Shown one piece after another: positions 1 to 12,000 of a DNA stretch of 20,000 nucleotides. Within the stretch, counting starts at the first letter, position 1; every line of letters starts with the position of its first letter. The stretch lies in the IMG/VR virus record IMGVR_UViG_3300025133_000074; one strand, written 5' to 3'. This DNA comes from an uncultured virus (IMG/VR IMGVR_UViG_3300025133_000074) (Duplodnaviria > Heunggongvirae > Uroviricota > Caudoviricetes). The position numbers and the translations under genes are program-made. The notes under the pieces were generated by a model that saw only the letters and a program-made list of their open reading frames with translations, was not told the origin of the DNA and ran no database searches.

Positions 1-2
1 CC

Positions 3-3000
3 GAATTAGATGCAGGTGCTGGTGCAACGGCATCCGCAGGATATTATCGTATAGAAACAACATCATCTGCAGATTTTAATCCAAATCATTTTGTTTTTGT
101 TAAACTTACTAATCAATTTGAAACATTACAATCTGGTTCTGAAGATTTTTATGTAGGTGTTGATAGAACAGATCCTCCAGATTCGCAAGGAAATGCTCCA
201 TTTACAAACGACTTAGCACCTGGAGTACATCGTTATATAGTATATGCAACAGATACTGGTAGTGCTGGATCCACTCAAGCCGTATATACATCTGCATTTA
301 TAAAAGGGTACGTTAATGTGCCTCCACAAATAATTGCACCAGTACAATCCGATGCTGTACGACAAATTGCACATGATGCAAATAGTTTAAATTATGTTAT
401 GAACTTTACAGCATCAGAAGAACCAAATTTAGATCAAGGTGATTTTATTAGAATATTTTCTGCAAGTCGTTTAACAACCGATCCAACAGCAGTAGAAACA
501 ACTGTACCTAATTATGCATTGACAATGACTCATCCAGATTCAAATATTCCGGATTCATCAATTTTGATTGCTACTGGTACATTTGATGAATCAGGAGATT
601 ATGCAGATCAACCCGGAGCCGGCGCGAATGCATCAGCTATACCAAATTCTCAATTATTCTTTTCTGCTAGTATTACAAATTATGATGTAACTTCTGGAAC
701 CAATGATCGTATAGTAAACATAACTACTATGCAACCATGTGAAGAAAATTTTGAAATGACAATGTTTGATAACTGGTATATATTCCAATCATCATCTATA
801 GAATATAGCATGTCAATTGTACCACCAAATACTGCCAGTATCAATAATATTAGATTGGAATTCGAATCTGGGTCTTATACCGGGTATGCCACTCAATCGT
901 ATAGAACAACTGTGTTATATGATGATGTGATAACACGTGACAATATTGATACGTTACCTAACCGTTATACTTCATCATTAGTACGAGTAGCAGTTATGGC
1001 AGATATAACAGAACCTGCAGATTATGATCCAGATCCGCTACATTTCACAACAGTAAAAATATTTTCTGGAAGCGATGTCCATTTACGTCTTCAAAGCGAT
1101 TCTGGCATACCTCGAAGACATTTCCAATTGTTCCGATTTAGTGGAAGTACTGCAACTGGTCTATTTCGTGCAACTGCATCTACATTTTTAGCACCTGGCG
1201 CAGATCTATTACTTTCTAACGTAGGAGGATATTCGCCAACTCATAGTTTAGGATTTACTGCATTTGCATTATCACCTCAAACATTTAATTACGGATTTTC
1301 TGGCCGTGCATCTGATTTAGCCAATACAAATTATATAGCACATGGCGATTATCAACATTTTTCTGCACAAACTGGTTCAGTTGCATCACTTATAATTGAT
1401 CCAGTACCAGATATTGAAATATCAAATATACGTGTAGAAGTAGAATCTGGATCATTTTTAACCGGTGAAGGAGCATTTGAAAGAACTGCCAGTGTATTAT
1501 ATGGATTCACATCATCATTACAAGTTACAGAAACATCAAGTTTAGAAGGGTATGAAAAATCTGCAGAATATATAAGTGAATCGGTTGTAAGATTACGATT
1601 ATTAGCAACTGTAATAGAACCGTTTGGACCTCATCATACCAAAATGATATCAACATTAGAAACATCTGCTAGTAGTCATCCACATTCTCATGTATTTGAA
1701 TTTCATACTGGATCTGGCGCTACTCATACTGCGTCATCTGAAATTGCATATGATAATCAAAATAGATTAGTTGGTCATTACACATCATCATGGATTAATT
1801 TCAATTTGAAACCTGGTGAGTATACATTTAGCGCTTCATTTGATTCTGCTACAAACGCCGGCCGGACAATAACTCCAGGAACATATTCAGAAGTATCTGT
1901 GAGTAATACACCTGCAACACAGATTACTAACATTGTATACGAAACAGAAACATATGGATATTCAGAAACAGGAAGTACTGATACAATACGTACAGTGTTA
2001 TATGGAGTGCCTAGGCATACATTGGCAAATTCATCTTCATTTGAAAATCATGATTCTGCATCTGTATATGCATCTCATTCTATTTCCAGATTCCGCGTTT
2101 TAACAGATATTACAGAACCATTCGGACCACATCATACAGCATCGCGATTTGAAAAAGTTTGGACTGCACCTGGAGAGACATCATTAAATGATATAATTCA
2201 TTTTAGTACTGCATCTACAGATACAGCTTCATCTGCAATTGACTATGATTCTTCAAATCGTTTATTTGCGCGTTACACATCATCATGGATTGGTCGGCAG
2301 TTATCATCAAGTGATAATTCATCATTGACATGGAAATATACTTCCGGAAGTATAACACATACACCGGATGATTTGAGCGGATTTACAACTGCCTCTGGAC
2401 TATCAACTCAATTAGTTGTACATGATACTGACCAAATTCAATTAACAAATAGAATTATAGAGTTTGAAGAACATGGATATAGTGCATCAAATGAAGATGG
2501 AAGTACTGGAGAAACTGAAACATCTCGTACTGTATTATACGGTGAAAATCATCAAATATCAGGAATTTCATCATCATTTGAAAATCATATCAAAGCAGAT
2601 CAATATGCATCGCAGTCAGTATTAAGATATCGTGTTAAATTTAAAGTAACAGAACCGGTAGGGCCAGCAGTAGGAACCATACAAATTCCAATACAACGAG
2701 GAATCGTTCCAACTTATCCTATTAAAACTGCTACTACAGGATCATCAGACTTTCTTTTTATAAACTCAATATACGATTCTCAAAAAAGATTAGTAACAGA
2801 TTATACATCATCATGGCAGTCTGGTAAAAATAACGAACTAGGAGAATCAAATCATGGCGGATCTGAAGATTTCATATATCAAATAAAAGATGCGAATGTA
2901 ACATCTTCGTTAGAGTCTCAGTCTGAAAATGGAATAAATAAAGCGGCTCAACAAGAAGGTACTGTAACAGTTCATGATACTCCGGCAACACAAATAACAA

Positions 3001-6000
3001 ATATAAGATATCAAACAGAAACGTTTGGTTATTCTAAAGAACCATCTACAAATACTACTAGAAAGGTATTATATGGTGTTGCTCATAAAACTAATGAAGA
3101 TTCTTCAAGTTATGAAAATCATGATTCTGCTTCATTATATGCATCGCAATCAGTAACACGATTCCGTGTATTAGCAACAATTACAGAACCAATAGGTCCT
3201 TTACATACAGCATCGCGATTTGAAAAAGCATGGACAGCAGGTAATGAATCACCAATAACTAAGGTAATACATTTTAGTACCGCATCTACAGATACGGCAT
3301 CATCTGACATTGCATATAATACATCAAATCAATTAGTTGTTCATTATACATCATCATGGTTAGGTGAAGAATTAGCATCAAACAACTTTAATACTGGTGA
3401 GACTTGGAAATATACTTCCGGTTCAATTTTACATGAACCTACGAATGAATTAGGATTCACAACCGCTAGTGGTGAATCCACTACTGTGACGGTGTTTGAT
3501 ACTCAGCCAACCATATTTTCAAACTTTAAAACAGAAACTGAAACATTCGGTTATTCGGAAATTCCTATTCAAGAAATAAATCGTACGGTATTATATGGAA
3601 ATACTACAACAGATATTGATTCAGCATCATACGAATCTCATGCAAATTCCGGAAGCTATGCTTCTCAATCTGTTGCAAGATTTCGAGTATTGGCAACCAT
3701 AACTGAACCAGTAGGTCCTTTGCAGCATACTGCATCTGTTATCGAGAAAATGTTTAATAATGATGCTACTAAAACTGAAACAATATCATTTGGTACTGCA
3801 TCAGCCGGGTTTGAAGCATCTCGATCATTCTTCACAGAAGTTGGAGAATTTGTAACTGAATATACTTCATCTTGGATTGGAAAAGCGTTAGCACCTGATA
3901 CCTGGAGCATATCAACTGGTTCAGTAACGCATGACCCTGCTGGAGAAAATTCTGCAAATTCAAGTTCATTTACTAGTACAACAATGATAGTTAATAATAC
4001 AAGCCAAACAGCTATATCTGATATTGTATACGAAACAGAAACATTTGGATATTCGGAAGTAGAAAGTGTAAATACTACTAGAAAGGTATTGTATGGAGTA
4101 CCACATCATACAACTGCAGATACTAGTAGTTTGTCTTGGAAAAATTACGATTCTGCTTCATTATATGCATCGCAATCAGTATCGCGATTTAGAATAAGAG
4201 CTCGTATTATTGAACCGATAGGACCTTTACATACAGCATCACGTTTTGAAAAAGTTTGGACTGCACCTGGAGAGACATCATTAAATGATACAATTCATTT
4301 TAGTACCGCATCTACAGATACAGCATCTGCTACATTTACATATAATTCTTCAAATGAATTTGTATCATTATATACATCATCTTGGATAGGAGTACAATTA
4401 TCATCATCAGACTTTAATTCTGGTAAACAATGGAAATATACTTCTGGATCAATTTTACATAAACCTACCGGAGAAACAGGATTTACAACAGCATCTGGTG
4501 ATTCGACAACCGTAACAGTGTTTGATACTCAACCAACCGTATTTTCAAACTTTAAAACAGAAACTGAAACGTTTGGTCATTCTAATATACCAATACAGAT
4601 ATCTGGAAGAACTGTATTATATGGAAATACTACCACAGATATCAATTCTGCATCATATGAATCTCATGCAAATTCTGGTTCATATGCATCGCATTCTGTT
4701 GCAAGAACACGAATGTTAATAACTATTACAGAGCCAGTAGGTCCTTTGCAGCATACTGCATCTGTTATCGAGAAAATGTTTAATAATGAAGCCGAAAAAA
4801 CTGAAACTATTAGCTTTGGTACTGCCTCCTCCGGGTTTGAAGCATCTCGATCATTCTTCACAGAAGTAGGAGAATTTGTAACTGAATATACTTCATCTTG
4901 GATCGGAAAAACATTAGCACCTGATACCTGGAGCATATCAACTGGTTCGGTAGTACATGATCCGTACGGAGAAAATTCTGCAAATTCAAGTTCATTTACT
5001 GCTACGACTTTAACAGTGACAGATACTCTGCCTACACAAATTGATCATGTTGTTTATGAAACAGAAATAGTAGGTTATTCAGAAGAAGGTAGTACTGATG
5101 CAATGCGTACGGTGTTATATGGAGTACCTCATCATACATTACCAGATTCATCTTCATTTGAATATCATGATAAAGTAGATGAATATGCCCAGCAATCTGT
5201 AACAAGATTTAGAATACGTGCTCGTATTATTGAACCAGTTGGTCCTTTACATACAGCATCGCTATTTGAAAAAGTATGGACAAACAGTAGTGATAATCAA
5301 GCATTTAGTTCTTCAATACATTTTAGTTCTGCATCTACAGATACCGCATCTTCCGAGATTGCATATGATGATCTAGATAGATTAGTTGCACATTACACAT
5401 CATCATGGATTGGTCAACAATTATCTTCTAGTATTGGTTCTGCTAAAACTTGGACATATACTTCTGGAAGCATATTACATGAACCGACCGGGGAAAATAA
5501 ATTTACAACCGCATCTGGAGATTCAACACAATTGGTAGTTAATGATACTACCAAAACTCAAATTGACCAAATTATTTATGAAACAGAAACGTGTGGATAT
5601 TCGGAAGTAGATAGTAGAAATACATTACGTACAGTATTATACGGCGATCGCCGTGTTACAAATAAAACTAGTCAAAGCTTATCTTGGGAAACTCATGATT
5701 CTGCTTCATTATATGCTTCACATTCAGTAACGCGATTTAAAATGAGAATGCGAATAACAGAACCAGTAGGTCCTTTACATCATATTTCTAATATTGAACA
5801 AATAATTAATTCTCCTATATATAGTACTTCAAGTATATTGAATTTTCATACCGGATCGACAGATGTATTTGATTCGTCGAGTGCTTATGATAGCTCTAAT
5901 CGATTAGTAACTAGTTATACATCATCTTATATAGGACATCAATTAAGTGCATCTGCAAATACATCAGTACAATATACATTTACATCAGGTTCATTTACTC

Positions 6001-9000
6001 ATAATCCTTACGGAGAAACAGGATTTGTATCCGCATCCGGTGTTGCTACTATAATGACAGTACATGATACGCCTGCAACTATTATAGATAACATATTATT
6101 AGAAACAGAAACTTTTGGATATTCTGGAATAGCTACTCGCGATAGTCAAAGAAAGGTATTATACGGAGTACCGCATCATACAATTGCAGATACTAGTAGT
6201 TTGTCTTGGGAAAATCATGACTCCGCTTCATTATATGCATCGCAGTCAGTAACTCAATTCCAATTTAAAGCTCGTATTATCGAACCGATTGGATATCATA
6301 TTACCGGATCAACAATACAAAAACTTTATTATGCTACAGACACCGGAACATTGGCTCGTGTATCTGACATGAATAGTTTAGGAGAAGTATTGAGTGTAAC
6401 TCCGACTCAAGACGAAGATATGACAGAATTATTTGATGGCGCTACTGATGCAAATGTCAATTTAAGTGATAGTAACACTACAATTGTATGGAAATTTGAA
6501 ACTCCACGTCGTATACAGCAAATAATAATTAAATCTAATTGGACCTTAGGTATATCAGTTCCAATGAAAATTTACGGAAGTACTGACAATTTGAATTATT
6601 CGTTAATTGGAAATAGTTCTGTTTCTGATCATGATGTTATAAGTGATACGTTAAATGTATCAACTCCAATATCTTATTATAAAATAGAAATAGAGGATAC
6701 AGATTTATACGGTATATCTGAAATTGAATTTTACGAATTAGAATTATCAGAAACATCAGTAACTGATAATATTGTTCTTGATACGTCAAAACCAAACAAT
6801 TTTGAATCATCGAGTTCTATATATAATTCAGATGGAAATTTAGTTTCTGAATATACATCATCCTGGATAGGACAACAATTATCATCTTCAAATTTTGATA
6901 CCGGAACAAATTGGATATATACAATAGGCCAAATAACACATGAACCAGTTGATGAAAGCGTAGTGGTATTAAATACTGCTATAATAAAATCAGCATCGAT
7001 CAACATAAAAGATACCCAACCAACCTTATTCTCAAACTTTAAAACAGAGACTGAAACGTTTGGCCATTCAAATATACCTGCACAAAATAGTACTCGTACA
7101 GTGTTATATGGAAATACTACCACAGATATCAATTCTGCATCATACGAATCGCACGTGAATTCTGGTTCATATGCATCACATTCTGTTGCAAGATTCCGTA
7201 TAACCGCAACTATAACAGAACCGGTAGGACCTTTACATCATACTGCATCAGTTATTGAAAAAATGTTTAACGACGATGCTACCAAAACTGAAACAATATC
7301 ATTTGGTACTGCATCAGCCGGGTTTGAAACATCTCGATCATTCTTCACAGAAGTTGGAGAATTTGTAACTGAATATACCACATCATTTGAAGGAAAGGCG
7401 TTAGCACCTGATACATGGAGCATATCAACTACTGTAAAACATGATCCGTACGGAGAAAATTCTGCAAATTCAAGTTCATTCACTCCCACGACAATGATAG
7501 TAAATGATACGACACCAACTGCAATTACTAATATTGTATATGAAACAGAGACATTTGGGTATTCAGAAACAGGAAGTACTGATGCAATGCGTACGGTATT
7601 ATATGGCGTACCTAGACATACTACAGCAGATTCGGCTTCATTTGAAAATCATGATTCTGCATCTGTATATGCATCTCATTCAGTATCACGATTCCGTATA
7701 TTAACTACTATAACTGAACCGTTAGGTCCATTACATACAAGTTCTTTATTTACAGAAGAATGGTCAGAGCCAGGTGGTGATGAAATATTTACAAATTCAC
7801 GAATATTTTCAACGGCATCAACTGATACTGCGTCATCTGAAATTGCATATGATAGCCAAGATAGATTAGTATCTCATTACACATCATCATGGATTGGTCG
7901 GCAGTTATCATCAAGTGATAATTCATCATTGACATGGAAATATACTTCCGGAAGTATAACACATACACCGGATGATTTGAGTGGATTTGTAACAACGTCT
8001 GGTGAGTCAACTCAATTGGTAGTAAATGATACCGCAGCACCAATTATAAAAAATGTTAGAATTGAATATGAATCATTTGGTGGTTCTAATATTGGTAGAC
8101 AAAATATTGCAAATTTAGATAATAATGCTTCTGACGTTTCAAGATCTATATTATATGGTGAAACATTGACTAGAGCTAATACAACTGGATTAGATGGACA
8201 TCCTGGTATATATTCTACGTCATCAATGTTACAATTCCGTATTTTAGCAGATATAGAAGAACCAGTAGGACCATTACATCATACGGCATCTATATTAACT
8301 CAAATAAATAAATCAAATCATACAGCATTTGATGGATCAACGGGGACATCTCTTAAGATAGCAAGTCCAGTATTTAGTACATCATCTGCAGATATATATT
8401 ATTCTCAATCTGCATATGATCCTGATACAAGCCAATTAAAAGTATCATATACATCATCATGGATAGGATTAGCATTACCTAATAATTCGCATGACGTGGA
8501 TACCGATATTTCCACATATTACGCAAATATATGGCATGGTTATCATCATAATGCATTTAATCCGGATAGTACAATAGACGCAATTCCAGATGATGGTTAT
8601 GCTCATGGATTACATCCTTCTGGAGAAAATGCAGCAACGACAATTGATCCTACTGGAATTACCAATTTAATGCACCCAGCTGCGTGGTCGAATCCAAATA
8701 TATATTTAACATCGGCATCATCATGGTTTACAGTATCAGCTTCAAAACCGTTAGAAGTTTCAAATGCAAAAGTAGAAATTGAAACATTTTATAGTTCTTC
8801 CGAAGGAGAATATAACGGTACCACCGGTGTAACCAGAACATTATTATACGGATTCAATCGTACCATATCTGCTTCTGATGCAGATACAATAGGTGATATC
8901 TGGTCTGGTAGTGCTGCAGTACGAGTACGAGTATTAACAAGTATAACTGAGCCAATTGGTTTTGCTCATTTCCCAACTGAATTTACCATGTCAGTAATTG

Positions 9001-12000
9001 GCGAAGAAACCAAACAGCATGGATTTGCATTGCATACCGCTAGTTTAGATACTTCAAGTAGATCAGATCGATTGCTTAATAATAATGGGCAATTTGTAAC
9101 ACATTACACATCGTCATTTAATGATACTTTTACTTTTGCAGCCGGGGACTATGGCATTGGATTAATTGTCAACACTAGTAGCGCTGTAATAGGAACTTAC
9201 GCAGATACAGATTTCACCGGAGATGGTTTAAATAAATCAATTGAATCGCAACAAAACTTAACAATTGCTCCTTCACCAGCAACCGCAATTACAAATCTTC
9301 GTATTGAAGCTGAAACAGTATCCGGTTCTGGTATAGGAACAGCTGCTCGTACCACCACAATACTGCATGGTAACACTGTAACGGAAGCAACTAAATCGAT
9401 AAATGCCGGATATCCAACTGAAACTGCGAGACAACAATTAACAAGCGTAAGGCTGTTAGCAGATATCGCTGAACCATTTGGACCACATCATACCGCAAGT
9501 GTATTTACAATTAACGGATATAATGGCAATTCACATACTATAAGATTTAATACAGGATCTACAGATGTATCAAGTTCCGTAACATCTTCATGGTATGCAG
9601 TTGATGGGAATCAATCCACATCATACACATCATCATTTGTACCTATTGAAATGGCGCAAGGTGTAAAAACTTTGACGGTTAGTAACATTGATCATGAATT
9701 TAAACATAAAAATACAGATATATCAACTTTTTCGCAGACAACACCAACTGATAGTATTATAACAGTAATAGGACCACGTACCGCATCTGTATTCGTAACA
9801 CCACAGACTGGATCATCATTCTTTTCATCATCGGTAGATATTGACAAATATGTGACATATGATTCTGCAAATGATATAGTAGTAGATATTATATCTGGTA
9901 TATCAGCATCCGCACCACCAATAACATCAGAAAGTATATTAACATTCCCTCAATATTTGAACATATTATATACCGAATTAGAGAGTGAATTATCATTTTC
10001 TCCAGTTACTGGCGATTCAGGTAATGAAGATACCGGTTCATTAACAATATCAAATGCTAGTATGGACGATTTTACCGAAGTAAAAGAATTCACTATAAAC
10101 GTGTCAGGATCGGATATATTACCTGGTAGTGGTTCATCTGGCAATTCTTCTTTAACATTCTCAGTTATTCCTGCCAGACCACAAAGCATGGATGGAGCAT
10201 ATTGGAGCTCAGCTAAAGCTAATTTGTTTAGTTCACATGATTCAACCGGAGAACCATATGGCGATTCCGGTATAAGTTTACCTCAAGTCAACTCTAATAC
10301 AAGACGATTATACGAAGGTTCATTAGCCGATGGATTAGGTACAAATGCATATGGACCAGGAGATGCTCCCGGATCTGTTGTTACTAATATTGTAATGGCC
10401 AAAGATACTCCTACGGGACCAACAAATTACACAATGTCATTTACACCAATATCACAAAATGCAACCGGAAATTATGGAGACAATGATCGATTATTTGATC
10501 ATGGAGATTCTGGATCATTAATTGTGCGAATTAATGGTGTTGAAGTTGTAAATGCTAACCTGCAAAGTAATTTTGACCATCAAGTTAAAGATACAAGTCA
10601 AACAATATCAGGTTACAATATCGGAGGATTTTCAGCAGGTACTGCATCATTTACTGGAACACATGCCGGAAAAGGAAGATTAATTTTAACTCGAGTTGAA
10701 CCATTTAATGGTGTATCCCAAAATATATCAGCAGCCGGAGTACATTATCCTAACGGATATCAAGGTTGGTCAGCTCGTATTGAATTGGATGCCAAGTTAA
10801 ATGAAGGTTACAATAAACTTGATTTTAGTCATTCATTTGATGATGATACATCTCAGAAATGGACAGCATTTGACTGGTATTATGATGATGGAGTACATGA
10901 ACCAGCAATTTCACCAGACCCAGATTTAAGATATTCGTGGTCAGGAACAGGTACAGAACCAACCATTAGTTTATCTGGAGTAAGTTTTATAGATGCAGGT
11001 GCACCATTTACAGCATCAGTTGAAGCCAGTATTATCAACGTTGTGGCACAGACTTATCGCGAATCTGATGGTAGTACCGATTATATATTACATGTTTCTG
11101 AAGCTTCTGACCAATTAGAAATTGCTCCACCAGGTGAAGGATATCAAACATCATATGATATTACATTAGACAATGCCAATGATTTAAACGGGTTTAGATT
11201 TGGTGAAGGGCAAATTCCATTTAAAAATGAAACCGCTAGTCTAGATATTATTGCAGAAGCATCAGGTATCGCAAATACCGAGTTAGGAGTAGTGTTATCA
11301 GCAAATTTAGCTCCTTATCATAGAAACTTTGATTCAGCAAATGATTGGACCGAGCAAGGCGCCACATCAATCAATGTTGGTAGATTTATAGATATAAGTG
11401 CTATAGGAACTGTTGCATCAACAACTGAAAGAGAATATTTTTATTCAGAAGAATATCGATGGAGTAGTCATTCCATGGAAATGTTGAGTACTCAACCCGA
11501 TCCTGGTAATTTATCAGGAGCAAATGTAACTAGTAATGTGCAATGGTGGATTGATCCTTCAAAATCAGATTACAATTCATATACAAGTATTTTAAATACT
11601 GATGATCTTCAAGTGCAATGGAATGGAGAATTAAAATATCCTACTGATAACTATGTAACCAAAATACCAAATGAAGTAGATTATTCTACCGCTAATAGTC
11701 AAGGAGATAGATATTATTACAGAGCATTTTTTATAGGCCGATCAACCGGAAATTTAAGAAATTTATATGTATACGTTAAAGGCGACTTTACTCGAAGAGA
11801 TATATTTGCAACTGATCCAGGTACTGCAGAACAACCAAATGGTACTGGTGTACCAGATAATATTGATGCATTGCCAATACGAATAGATGTTAAATTACCA
11901 GGTCCAATTTCAGGTAATCAGAATGGTACTTCGCCAGGTACAGAATGGGGAGTAATAACCGGAGGTTCTGGAGGTGGATCTGCACCAAATACAGAAAATT

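Noticed and set aside
318..320. Track start codon for the giant ORF
   Set aside because: It is an internal GTG (Val). The frame is open from position 3, so the gene starts upstream of the window.
3665..7489. Three similar minus-strand ORFs (3665-3910, 4664-4936, 7238-7489) resembling a small gene family
   Set aside because: They are antisense shadows of the three type B repeat units, and their similarity is fully explained by the + strand repeats.
2273..7981. Diversity-generating retroelement TR/VR pair, suggested by the ~100-nt repeats and Mtd-like N-termini
   Set aside because: Both copies are coding and identical rather than differing at adenines. No reverse transcriptase or C-terminal variable repeat is visible. 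A DGR outside the window cannot be excluded.
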